Positions 37,792 to 50,929 of a stretch of DNA of 64,000 nt are shown here, piece by piece. How positions within the stretch are numbered: position 1 is the stretch's first letter; each line of letters begins with the position of its first letter. The DNA lies in assembly GCA_964016885.1 (NCBI GenBank), contig OZ024742.1:73346001-73410000 (forward strand), read 5' to 3'. The notes beneath the pieces are model-generated. The model saw only the letters and a program-made list of their open reading frames with translations, did not search any database and was not told where the DNA came from. This DNA is from Eledone cirrhosa. Its lineage: Eukaryota. Position numbers and translations under genes: made by a program.

Positions 37792-40472
37792 ATTAGCGAC
37801 CTCATAGTCAGGACGAGACGTATTCGACAACAGAAGAGGACTATCCTCAGGAGAAAAATATGGAAATTTAAAAGCATGTTACTTGATGCTTTTGATAGTA
37901 AGGAAGAGCAATTAGAGTCGTACAATATAGAGGAACAGTGGGAATTCCTGAAAGCTAACCTGCTGAAGGCGACAGATGAAACCTGTGGCTGGAGCAGGCC
38001 TATAGGCAGGAGGAGAGTAACTTGGTGGTGGAACAGTAAGGTGGAGAGGTCAATCAAGGCCAAAAAGCAGGCTTGGAAAGCATGGCCGGATGGGGGAAGT
38101 AGAGAAGATTATCAAGTGGCCAGGAGGGAAGCTAGGAGACAAGTGTACTTCGCAAGAAGGGAAGCAGAGGAAAGAAAGTTCAAGCATGTTCTACAACGCG
38201 AGGACCAAAAACGTGAGGTGTTCAGGATTGCTAGGCAATGTGTCAAGGAAAACAGTGAAATTGTCGGGGAGAAGTGTGTCCTAAATGATGATGGTGTACT
38301 TGCCATCACTGATGCTGATAAGAAGGTAGCTTGGAAGTGTCACTACGAAAGGCTACTAAATGAGGAGGATAATTGGGAGAAAGACTGTCTCCCCCACATC
38401 AACCCAATAGAGGGACCAGCAGTGCAAGTTGAAGGTAGTATAATAAGTAAGGCGATCAAAGACATGAAGACAGGCAAGGCGGCCGGGCCTTCGGAAATAG
38501 TTGCTGAAATGCTGAAAGCATCTGGAATGGTGGGACACACTATGGTCACCCGTATAGTAAACCAAGTCATACAGTATGGGGTCGTTCCGAAGGACTGGCG
38601 CAGCAGCATCATCATCATTAACTGCTACAAGGGTAAAGGTGATGCCCTAGATAGGGGAAACTATAGAGGCATTAAATTAATTGACCAGGTCATGAAGGTC
38701 ACAGAAAAAGTAATAGCGCAACTAATCAGAGAGCGAATTGATCTAGTCGAAATGCAGTTCAGGTTTGTGTCAGGTAAAAGTACAACAGACGCTATTTTCA
38801 TTGTACGACAACTACAGGAGAAGTACCTAGCTAAAAGTAAACCCCTATACTTAGCTTTTGTTGACTTGGAGAAAGCCTTTGACAGAGTACCCCGCTCGAT
38901 TATCTGGTGGGCCCTTAGAAAACTAGGTGTTGATGAATGGCTTGTGAGAGCTATACAAGCCATGTATAAAGAAACAGTCAGCAAGGTTAGAATTAACAAC
39001 GAATATAGTGAAGAGTTTAGCGCAAAAGTTGGTGTTCATCAGGGCTCCGTCCTTAGCCCCCTACTATTTATTATTGCCCTTCAGGCTATAACAGAGGAGT
39101 TCAAGACCGGCTGCCCATGGGAACTCCTATATGCAGATGATCTAACGCTCATAGCTGAATCAATGGCTGAACTAGAGAAAAATTCCAAACATGCAAGCAT
39201 GGCCGAGAATCAAAAGGCCTTAAAGTTAACTTGTCTAAGACTAAAGTTCTAGTTTGTAGGAAGGAAAATAGAGCACCGGTCCCATCTGGGAAATGGCCAT
39301 GCTCAGTGTGTAGGAAAGGAGTAGGTAGAAACTCCATTTTATGTCCCAAATGCAAAGTATGGGTACATAAAAGATGTAGTGGGATCACAGGTAAGCTAAC
39401 TAAGAATATAGATTTTACATGTGGCCGGTGCTCTGGTGCAATAAGTAGCAGCAAGTGCCCACAGAATACTAGCTCATTCCATTGCACAGATGGTTCTATA
39501 GAAATAGTGCACAGCTTCCGTTACCTGGGTGATAAAATCAGCAGTGGGGGAGGGTGCTCTGAAAGTACAGTAGCTAGAGTCAGAACGAGATGGAAAAAGT
39601 TCAGAGAGCTTATACCACTATTGGCCGCTAAAGGGTTCTCTCTAAAAATGAAAGGCAGGCTGTATGATGCCTGCATATGAACAGCAATGTTACATGGCAG
39701 TGAGACCTGGGCATTGTGTGCAGAGGATATACGCAGACTGGAGAGAAATGAAGCTTGCATGTTCCGCTGGATGTGTAATAGTAATATACGTGAACGGCAA
39801 AGCATAAACGTACTAAGGGAGAAATTAGAAATAAGAGGGATCAGATGTTGTTTACTCGAGAGAAGACTACGTTGGTATGGTCACGTGATGCGCATGAAAG
39901 ATGACAGCTGTATAAAAAAGTGCAGGGCAATAAAAATAGACGGTAACCACGGAGTAGGCAGACCCAGAAAAACCTGGGACGACTTGATAAATTCCGACCT
40001 CACACACTTACACCTCTCCAAGACAATGTCACTGGACCGAGAGCTTTGGCGCTACACAGTAATAGAGAAGACCCACCTTACCTAAGTACAAAGTGAAACC
40101 TACTACAGTCAGTAGGCACCTCTAACAAAATATACACCCCCGTCCCACTACCCCAACCCCATCCACACCACCCCTTTCAATGTAAAGTTATGTTGGTCTC
40201 ACAACATCCAGCCCGAAACAAATGAGATCGTGTAGGTGTCACGACAAAAAAAGACACAGTCCACGCTGTAATGTGGCCGTGTAGGTAACACGGTAAAAAC
40301 CTCCCAGTCCCACACTGTAAATGTGGTTGGTGTTAGGAAGGGCATCCAGCCGTAGAAAACCCGCCAGACAGTCCTATACGAGCAAGACAACCACTCTTGC
40401 CTCAAGTGGGAAAACTCCCGTCCAGACCCATGCAAGCGTGGAAGATGAACGTTAAACGATGATGATGATGAT
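37790..40472 (+). mobile_element. RTE LINE subfamily A, longest copy (2.7 kb, APE domain mostly lost)
   Basis: ORFs 37876-39252, 39231-39680, 39687-40085 with WWN, GNYRGI, full RT motifs, PHD-like finger, thumb; (GAT)n tail. Confidence 0.97.
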
Positions 40473-40473
40473 A

Positions 40474-40740
40474 TAATAATTGTTTCTACTTTTGGCACAA
40501 GGCCAGCAATTACCCAGTGCATTACTGGTACTTTATTTTATCTACGGTGGATTGGAAGTATCGGTAGAGGGTCGGACGCCATGCTTTGATGCATAGAGTT
40601 ATGGCCCTTGCTATGCTGAGTTCAAATCTCGCTGAGGTTAACTTTGCCTTTCATCCTTACGGGGTCGATAAAATAAAGTACCAGTAATGCACTGGGGTAA
40701 TTGCTGGCCTTGTGCCAAAAGTAGAAACAATTATTATTAT
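40474..40740 (+). mobile_element. Meta-like SINE preceded by an inverted copy of its own 3' end
   Basis: 40474-40542 is the reverse complement of ~40667-40735. Confidence 0.85.
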
Positions 40741-41098
40741 TATTATATTTGAAAAGGAAAATCAGGGCGGAGAGGGAAGTGCTGCCTCCCAGCCAATTTG
40801 TTGAAAGGTGGGTGAGAGAGGCAAGCGTGTGCCTGTAGCATCGTAGGAGGAAAACTGGAAGCAGGCACTTGCCCTAGCGGTCAGAGCAACTGTGGCTTTT
40901 TTGTGGGCTTTCTCCACGAGCGACCCTCGTAAGTCTCCACCCTATTGATGAATTTTTCATTTTTTCTTTTTTTTTTGTCACATCCTCTGTTTTTGTTTTT
41001 TACATGCAAAAATGCCCATTTGTACTGTCCTGTATTGTCCTTAATGTTATACTTTGTGTCAACCCTTGTGGTTAATAAAGAAAGCATTATTATATTAT

Positions 41099-41134
<36 letters not shown>

Positions 41135-41146
<12 letters not shown>

Positions 41147-41357
41147 ACGACAGACAATTACTTTAGACCATCCCAATTTATTTTATTATACTGATTTGGA
41201 AGATGCAAGGCTTATGTATAACATAAGCCAAAACATGTTCTCTTCAGACAAAATCCACTGGAGATGTAAAAAATATTTACACAAGCCTTGCATCTTCCAA
41301 ATCAGTATAATAAAATAAATTGGGATGATCTAAGGTCTTTCGTTTATTATTATTATA
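41135..41357. repeat. Inverted repeat in (TA)n, followed by TGAGTGCTT
   Basis: Core arms 41163-41219 and 41277-41333. Confidence 0.85.
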
Positions 41358-41446
41358 ATAAAACTGCAGATAAACATATATGTTGAGTGCTTGTAATCTG
41401 TTATATATAAGTCAGTTGATTTAAATCAACTAACTCTTTTTCATTG

Positions 41447-41504
<58 letters not shown>

Positions 41505-41572
41505 TAATATATTCCTTCCATATACTGTACCGATTGTGTTGTTATTTCTGTTTACCTTTTACATACATACAT

Positions 41573-41609
<37 letters not shown>

Positions 41610-43003
41610 CACATACATGCATATACATATGAGAGGGTGCTGAAAAGTACCTGGCTTTAAGGGTATCACAATAGGGTAGAGCTGTTACTTTTACAGGAGC
41701 AGTACGACTGCTGCAATAAGTATGTGAATCTGAGAGGGGAATATGTTGAAAAAAATCATAATTCACTGATCCTCCTGTAATTTCTTTTACTCGAAGAAAC
41801 TTTTCAGCACCCCCTCGTACACACACACACGTCTGAAGATCACAGTGGGGTGAAATTTGAGAATGGAGAATAAAAAATCAGTTAAAATAAAACATACTCT
41901 ACAGCATGTATTGTGTGACCCTTCCTCATTTGTTCACAAAAAGTAACATTTGAAAATACTATACACATACATACATACCTATATATATATATATATATAT
42001 ATGCATATATAAATATTGGTAAATATATATGTTGTCTTATAATGGGAATTACATGCCAGAGTCAGCTGTCTCAAAACCATGGAAACCTCTTTCATGCTGA
42101 TGTAACAATAAAATGCACTTGGTAGAACGTGGGACCATATGTAAACTTGATGTTTGGCCTTGGCTTGTCTAGGAGGTCAGTAGCAACCCTATTTAAATAC
42201 TGATTTGCTCTGTGAGGACTCATCCAACCCTGCTAGATGGGAACATGGATATTAAATGATGATGATGAAATTAATTTGAAAAATGAGAGATAGGAAGAAA
42301 AAAGTGAAAAACATGCACACTACTCCCTCAATTACAAACTATAATACTGGTGTTTCCCTGTAAAATATTTGAGGCAACCTAAAGCACTCACAGCAATACT
42401 GCAGGTAATAGTGGGGCTGAGGTATTGGAACAGCCAAGAATCCTCATGAGTGTCATAGCAATTATATTATAGATATTTAGCCTTGTCTTCAGAAAGAAAC
42501 ACCTATAAGTGTGTAGTGCCTTAGCTACATTGGGACCCTACATAGCAAGGAAATATTTTTGAGAGAGATGAGATCTAAAGAATCCAATAAAAGGATAATG
42601 TTTTTTTTCATTGTAAATAGCAAATTATGTTTGTTAAGAGTTATGGTAAAATCATAATTGTTACATGGTTTAATTTGACAAACAAAGATGTACTTAAAGC
42701 AAAATTTTCGTAATATTAGTAAATACATTGGAACAAACTAAATAACTAGCTTCCACAAAGAAAAAAATTAATAATGAATATTTTCCAGTAAAACTAGCAA
42801 ATCGAAGTGATGAAACTAAGTAAACATGGTGGATGGAACTCTCTTGAAAAGAAGACAGAAAAATGTCCTGGTATTTCAGATAAGAAAAGAAAAATGAAGG
42901 AGGCTAAACACAAAAATAAAAATAAATCTGTTAAGTGTGGGAAAACTGAGGAAAAAAAATCAAGAAAAGAGAAAGGTTATAGTGGAGCAAAAAAACAACC
43001 CAC

Positions 43004-43131
43004 CTTGTTATTAAAATATGTAGTTGTAGTTTGTATTGATCATTTCTAAAGGTTAAAGTTGTTGTTGGTAGCCATGGTGGCTGAATTACAGTCACTTGAC
43101 TGCTTTCAGAAGAGTCTATTCGATAGAAAGT
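43004..43131 (-). CDS. Candidate 128-nt coding exon (TFYRIDSSES...LHILIT)
   Basis: Acceptor TTGTTTTCGGTTGCATAG, donor AG|GTGGGT, open frame; phase compatible with the 14065 exon. Confidence 0.25.
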
Positions 43132-43657
43132 CTATGCAACCGAAAACAACTTCCCAGATGCCATAAATCTTGAGAAAGAATTTTACTTTTCCAATAATGC
43201 TGCGGTAGAAAACAATCTTTGCACGTTAATAAAAAGTCCACCGGGAAACTGGAAGACACTAAAATACAGCAATACTTCTCTTAGAAGAGACATTACTGTG
43301 TAGACATTATTATAATGATTAGAAGTTTTTCAACCAAAATATTCCTGAGAAATATTTCTCAGTAATATTTCAATTCCTTCCATGCATGAAAACAAAAGCG
43401 AACCTCCTATTTTTTATTTCTTTACTTGAAATGTGTTTCTCAACTTGTCAACTTGGTTTTAAATAAACTAACCAGTCTTATCCATGCAAGCATGAGAACT
43501 AAAAACATAGCAGAGAATGAAATTAAACCAGAATATTGGATTAAAAATTTGTTTATATAGTCTACTTCTCAAACTAAGAATATTTTTGAGACACTATGGT
43601 TTTTGTGACACAATAAGGTTAAATCCTGAGACCTTATAATTGGAATTAGTTTTCAAA

Positions 43658-43862
43658 TAGCATGGGTTAGACGAGTTGTCCTGTTGTGGGCAGTGTCTGG
43701 TTGGCTGACCTTGTCTTGCTCATACGGGAACAGATTCTGGTAGAAATCAAGCCAGAATCAGTTCCCGTATGAGCAAGACAAGGTCAGCCGACCGGACACT
43801 GCCCACAACAAGACAACCCGTCTAACCCATACTAGCGTGGAAGAACGGACGTAAAACGGTGT
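43658..43862. repeat. Fold-back of an RTE/SINE 3' tail (~83-bp arms)
   Basis: 43658-43740 vs 43752-43834; the right arm continues into GGACGTAAAACGGTG. Confidence 0.88.
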
Positions 43863-44594
43863 TAATGAATATACAATTGAGATGGTTGAGAAGAGTATAT
43901 TGGTACATGGGACATATTACAAGAAGAAGAAGAAGAAGAAGACAAATAACTTAGTCATGTTTTACTACACAAATCTACCTAGAACATGATAAAAGGTAAA
44001 ATAACACGTTGTTTTACTAATAATATGCATTGGCACCTCCTCCACACACCCCACACATGTATATATACATACACACACATATACACAAATATATAGAGAC
44101 AGCAACACAGACACACACACACACATTTATAATCAATAAAATTATTGAAAGAAAATTAGGTTGTATATCTGATTAATGCAGTTAAAATGAAGGGCTGGAG
44201 GACTGTATTAAAGAGGAAGAGTTGAGATCTGAGCATTGATTTATCACTAATTGTGTGCTAAAGTCCTCACTGATTCTCCTATCCCTAGCTTACTTAATGG
44301 CCACCAGATTACAGAGCATGGAATTCCGTCAAAGGCATTTCCAGCTCTACAAATGTTAAGTCCTCCAAGATAATAAATATTTATGTACAGAGGAAGAATT
44401 GAAAGTGTTTACACTTCATACTTCTCACAGTGAAGGTTTTAAAAAAAAATTGTAAATGTTACTGTGTTCTAGCATAAATATCTATAATTTAATTAATTTC
44501 ATCATGCAAATTAGACTGGTTACTTCAGAAATATTCTACATGTATGACATATATATATGTATGACATATATATATTTGCTATAATAATATTTTT

Positions 44595-44960
44595 CTGTAC
44601 ACAGTAATACAGAAGACCAGACTTCCCACGGGCACAGCCTAAAGCTGAAGCATATATATAGTATGCACCACCCCACCCTCCCATACATCTCTCATGAGGA
44701 CAAGCTGAAGTATACATCCAGTGAAGCCCCCACACTGTAAAGCGGTTGTGGTGGTGACATGGCAAAAAGCAAGTAAAGTAGTCATGTAGGCATCAAAACA
44801 AAAAACACCCAGTACTCACTGTAAATGAGGTTGGCATTAGGAAGGGCATCCAGCTGTAGAAACCAAGCCAAAATAAGTTCTATATATAGCATTGCTCACA
44901 ACAAGACAACTTGTCTAACCCATGCTAGCATGGAAAAATGGACGTAAAACAGTGATGATG
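44595..44960 (+). mobile_element. RTE 3' end/UTR fragment
   Basis: TACACAGTAATACAGAAGACC start and GGACGTAAAACAGTGATGAT tail. Confidence 0.75.
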
Positions 44961-45319
44961 ACACAGATTCAAAGTGGTAGTTATCTTTTGATGAGAAGAT
45001 AAATATCTCTGAAATGCAACAGAGTATTTGTTTACACTACCTGGCTGAAAGATAAGGCTTTAAACTGACAGGTAAATGGTCTGTCTCACTCAGGTGTAAT
45101 GGTAACACAGCTGTCTGGCATACTGCAGATACAAGTTTGATTTCCACAGGTGACTTTGTGCACTATTTTTTCTATCTCTAAGGGTTTATATGCCCAACTT
45201 GTTTGACTATTTGATAGTCAAATCTGCATTGAAGCAGCTCACTATAAGCAAACATACTTTCAAAATTAAAATTTGCTCAATGCTTCATAAAAGTTAATGA
45301 GCATCTGATACTAGTAGGT

Positions 45320-46415
45320 AGAGAAGTACCTAGCTAAATGCAAACCCCTCTACTTAACATTTGTTGACCTAGAGAAAGCTTTTAACAGGGTCTCCCATTC
45401 TGTAATCTGGTGGGCTCTTCAGAAACCTAGAGTAGATGAGTGGCTAGTGAGGACAGTACAAGCCATGTACAGAAGTTCTGTCAGCAATGTTAAAGTTAAT
45501 AATAACTATAGTGAGGAGTTTAGTGTGCAAGTTAGAGTCCACCAAGGTTCCGGCCTTAGCCCTCTCCTGTTTATTATCATCCTCCAGGCTATAACAAGAG
45601 ATAAAACAGGATGCCTATGGGAATTCCTGTATGCTGATGGTTCAACTCTTGTCGCTGAATCTATGACAGAACAAAGAAAACAAGGCCCTAATCCCTTCTG
45701 AGAAATGGCCTGCTCAGTGTGTAGGAAAGGGGCAGGTAGAAATTCCATCTTCTGTCCCAAATGCAAGCTATGTAGTGGGATTACAGGTAGGTTACCTAAG
45801 AATATAGTTTGCAAAGGAGCAGTAAGTAACAAAAAAAATCACAGGAAACAAGTGTTATGAAATTCTTGGATGGTTCTGTAGAAGCAGTTGACAGCTTCTG
45901 TTACCTGGATGACCAAATTAGCAGTGGAGGTGGGTGTTCTGAAAGTACAGTAGCCAGAGTGAGAATGGGATCGAAAAAGTTCAAGGAGCTACTACAACTG
46001 CTAGCTAAAAAAGGTTTTCCCCTCAAAACGAAGGGCAGATTGTATGATGCATGTATACAAACAGCAATGTTGCATGGTAGAGAGACTTGGGCACTGTGAA
46101 AATTGGAAAGAAATTAAGCTTCCATGCTTCGATGGATGTGTAATAGTATTATACATGAATGGCAAAGCATAAATGGACCTAGAGAGAAACTGATAATAAG
46201 AGGGATCAGATACAGTGTGCAGGAGAGGAGATCGCATTGGTATGGACATGTGATGAGTATAAAGGATGACAGCTGTATAAAAAGGTGCAGAGTGCTCAAA
46301 GTTGATGAAAGCTATGGAGTAAGAAGATCTAGGAAGACTTAGGATGAGGTAATAAAAGCAGATCTTGCACAATTGCACCTTTCAAAGGCAATGATACAGG
46401 TCTGTGATCTCTGGC
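45320..46415 (+). mobile_element. Older decayed RTE subfamily A-like copy
   Basis: VDLEKAF, HQGSGLSPLLF, YADG, WYGHV; deletions and stops. Confidence 0.9.
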
Positions 46416-46924
46416 TTTCCCATGTGTACAAGTTGAAGCATACATCTAGCATGCACCACCTTCCCTTCTATGCTAAGTTTGATGGAGATATGGAACTCAT
46501 TCAGACTGAATAGACTACCGATGTTGGCCACAGGCAAAGTATCAACCTAGTCCCTCGAGAATTTGGCACTTGTAGAAAGAATTGGTTGGAATTATCATAG
46601 AGAAGGTTGAAAATGTCTCCCTAATGTAAGTTGTCTCAAATTCTATGCTTCAATTTAAGCTCCTCTGCACCAGGAACTAACAAACCCAGTTCCTTCCTCT
46701 CTAGTAGAGCTTCATCCAGCTCCCTGTTGGAGTTAGTCAATGCTGGAAAGGAAAGGACAACGTTTACCAAATAATTAGGTTGTCAAAACGTTACAAGGAT
46801 GACAAGAGTTTTTAAAACTCTGAAGCTAATCAATAACTAATGAATTGACAGGTAATCTCTAAGTATGAAAAAAAACTTTGATGGGGTTCAATTATAACAA
46901 TGTTTCTGGAATAATTGCTTGAGG

Positions 46925-47345
46925 TTCAGCACCATTGAAAGGTGGGTTCCAAAGCAAGGTCAGAAATTGGGACTTGAATGAAGTACCATACCCATGTGGG
47001 TGGGATCATGATGGAGGGAAAGGATTTGGTGAACATGTCTACTGTTGGTTGATGTTGTGAAGCTGGGTGGTTGACAATCCAAAGTTTACATTTGGAGTTG
47101 TTAACTTGGAGGCCCTTACAATTGAGTTCCTCAATAATTGTCTTTGATGTAGCAAGGACCTTGTCTGGGGGATAAAAGCAAACAAGCATCATCAACATCT
47201 AACATTCAAATCTGCTCGATCCACCTACATCTTAGCAATGTTGTCGATACTCAGTGCAAATAAGGCAAGCCCGAATGAGTTGCCTTGTTGGACTCCCGGG
47301 GCAGACAGGAAGTACAGATCACCAGAGAAGAGATGGGAAGGATAT
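46925..47345 (-). mobile_element. CRE-like non-LTR RT fragment
   Basis: GVQQGNSFGLALFAL and GLQVNNSKCKLW resemble GVQQGDPLGPLLF / GLxLNxxKC. Confidence 0.6.
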
Positions 47346-47688
47346 CCAGTCATGAAATTAAAAGAAAAAAAACTTACCAAAAAGAAAAGGCATATGCAAC
47401 AAAAGTGACTAGTTTTCTATGCCAGATGATGAAGAGCTGTGACAAGTAGCGGGATGCTGAAACCAGTTCAACCCATACCAGCATAGAAAATGGACGTAAA
47501 ATAAGGATGAATAGTTAAACTTCACTGCTGTAAAATATTGCTTAAGATCAATGCAATGCAGAAACCAAAAGCAATTCTCAGATGTTCTCTTCATAAAGGA
47601 ATAAATCAAATATTATGGTTAAATCAGTGTTGTTACTTGACAAAGATGATATATACTAAATTTCTTGTTATACTTCGTACTTAAGCAA

Positions 47689-47731
<43 letters not shown>

Positions 47732-49444
47732 CATCATCTTCGTTTAACGTCCACTTTCCACGCTAGCATGGGTTAGACGGCAAATATATATTGGATAAAA
47801 TAAAACAATAGACAAGGACAAATGCTATCATCACAAATATTAAGTGGAATCAGGAAGGTAAATATTGAATGGTTTGAAAACACGGAAAATTTGCAACACA
47901 AAATACTTAATGCAGTTTCCTGAAGAGCAGACTGTAAACATACAGTATGTTAGCAAACTTCCGGAAACTTTCAGTTGATGTTATAAATTTACTTTCAGTG
48001 AGTAAATTGAGTGCAATTACACTGTTATAATTTAGTAAATAAATCTTATTTTCATGGCAGAACCCACAGAAAACTTCTTGTTATCATATTTCTAATGAAA
48101 TACCCTGCCTATGTGTTTCCTCATAACTTTTGTAATAATGCATATTTTTAAATTAAATTTTTTGTCAATACATTTTCAAATGTGCAGATTACAATTATGT
48201 TGATGAAATTATTTTAATTAATTAATTTTTTTCACAATTCAGAGTTGTAGAAATGACATATTTCAGTATAAAATCTAACATTATTCTGATTTATATTACT
48301 AGGATTTTTTTCAACACGCTGACGCGTATGTGTGTGCGTGTGTGTATGTGCATATGCATACATTTATATGTATGAGTATATAAATATAAATGTGCAAACA
48401 CAGACACACAAAAATACACACTCACAGACATACATTCTCAAAAACACACACATCCATTTACACAAACACACAAATTCACATACACTCACACACAGCGTAG
48501 CAATTGGAACGCCAGCCACTGTTTTGCTATAGTTTTTTCTTTCCTTTTACACACACATACATTCACAGAAACACACACACACATTGTGTGACGGACGGAC
48601 GGGAATCTATCAAATTTATATATAGATTCATTATCAACATGAAACTGGAAGACAGGGTGAAGATGTTTCTGAGTTTATATTAGCCTAATAACTACACAAA
48701 TTGATTATCACAGGATTACCACAACAGGTATGACTGATCATATTTGACAGGGGTAAACAATACCAACAAGCAGGACTGCATTAATCATGATGATGATGAG
48801 GTACATTTTTAAGGCATCACAGGAAGACGAACATTATTATATTCACTATTATATTCACCCTAAATTATTTTTGCAGACTCTATATATCAGGTCACTATAA
48901 TCTTTTAAGGGCTTTGGGCCACAAAAAACATCATCCAGCCCTGCCAACAATCATAACCACTGAACCACTATGAGAATAATTACAACATCACTAGAACTGC
49001 TAACATGAAGAATCTCGGATTTGTTATTAACGTTCAGTTGTATAATCAACTGAAGTAGTTACTCATTCGACCAATGTGTAGGTGGTTGAGTATTCCACAG
49101 ACATGTGTTCCCTTAATGTAATTTTCAGGCCAAATCAGTATAACACAATATGTAACAAGGCTGGATTTTTAAATTATTGGCACAATATATCTTACAAGCT
49201 TCCACTCCATTTCTGTGTACTCAATTTCATTTGGGTCAACACAAGAGATAAATGAGACTTGCTCAAGATGTCACATAGTGGGATTGAACATTGGACTTTG
49301 TGATTAGAAAGTAAAAGTCTTAACCACTTAGCCATACTGGCTATCATCGCTTACACCACAATCATAACCATCACCACCAACACAAATAGCAGTGCCATAC
49401 CAAAATGCCCTCCATCCTTGCCTACATCACTATCACCATCACCA

Positions 49445-50390
49445 TCACTATTAATAATGGTTTCTTATATAGGCACAAGGCCAGCAATTTTGGGGGCAGG
49501 GGAAAGTCGATAAAATCGAGCCCAGTGCGTGACTGGTACTTTATTTTATCGACCCCGTAAGGATGAAAGGCAAAGTTAACCTCGGCGGGATTTGAACTCA
49601 GATCATAAAGGACCGTAATTCTATGCGTCAAAGCATGGCGTCCGACCCTCTACCGATACTGCCAATCCACCACCCTACCATCACTATTAATAATTGTTTC
49701 TACTTTTTGGCACAAGGCCAGCAATTATCCAGTATATTACTGGTACTTTATTTTATCGACCCCATAAAGATGAAAGGCAAAGTTAACCTCGCCGGGATTT
49801 GAACTCAGAATGGCAAGGGCCGTAACTCTATGCGTCAAAGCATGGCGTCCAGCCCTCTACCGATACTGCCAATCCACCTCACTATTAATAATTGTTTCTA
49901 CTTTTGGCACAAGGCCAGCAACTACCCAGTACATTACTGGTACTTTATTTTATCGACCTTGTAAGGATGAAAGGCAAAGTTAACCTCGGCGGGATTTGAA
50001 CTCAGATCGTAAAGGGACATAACTATGCTGGAAAGCATGTCCGACCCTCTACCGATACTGCCAATTCACCTCACTATTAATAATTGTTTCTACTTTAGGC
50101 ACAAGGCCAGCAACTACCCAGTACATTACTGGTACTTTATTTTATCGACCTTGTAAGGATGAAAGGCAAAGTTAACCTTGGCGGGATTTGAACTCAGATC
50201 GTAAAGGGACATAACTATGCTGGAAAGCATGTCCGACCCTCTACCGATACTGCCAATCCACCTCACTATTAATAATTGTTTCTACTTTAGGCACAAGGCC
50301 AGCAACTACCCAGTACATTACTGGTACTTTATTTTATCGACCTCGTAAGGATGAAAGGCAAAGTTAACCTCAGCGGGATTTGAACTCAGA
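49445..50390 (-). mobile_element. Head-to-tail tandem array of five Meta-like SINE units
   Basis: TCACTATTAATAAT junctions at ~49445, 49681, 49879, 50071, 50263; last unit truncated. Confidence 0.92.
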
Positions 50391-50929
50391 ATGCCATCCC
50401 AAAATGCCCTCTATTATCACCACTACCACAGCTATAACAAATGTAGAGAAAGCAGTATCAGTTCTCACATGGTGTGATATCTAGTTACCAAAACTGACCT
50501 CTTAGTATTTTCATTATATTAATAGATTTGCTAGACATGTAATGAGGAGGTGATGGTGGGGAGTAAATTTGGTAGAATGGCAGCTGTGGATTATAGTGAA
50601 TTATCACTGGTGTCTGTTCACCACCATCAGTCCACGACATCATCCCACCAAATCCTCCCACCACATCATCCTACCACCATCACCCACCACATCACCCCAC
50701 CATCACCACCCCACAACCATCACCCCACTACCATCACCCCACCACACCATTATTAAGCCAAGGAAGGAATCTCCACATGGGTGCTCAACTGCCTAGAAAT
50801 ATCAACCAAATCTCTCCAAAATTACACCCACCCTAGTAATAGATACAATGTAACCTAAATATCCCTAATATGTTGGGGTGATGATGAGTTTTATAACACC
50901 ACTGTGTTGTAGTAGAGTATTTAGGGACA

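Noticed and set aside
43048-43081. Perfect Kozak GCCACCATGG on minus strand
   Set aside because: Opens only a 9-codon ORF.
47912-47970. CTGAAGA hammerhead
   Set aside because: Stems I and II are plausible and TTGAGTGCA follows, but the GAAA/stem III core is broken.
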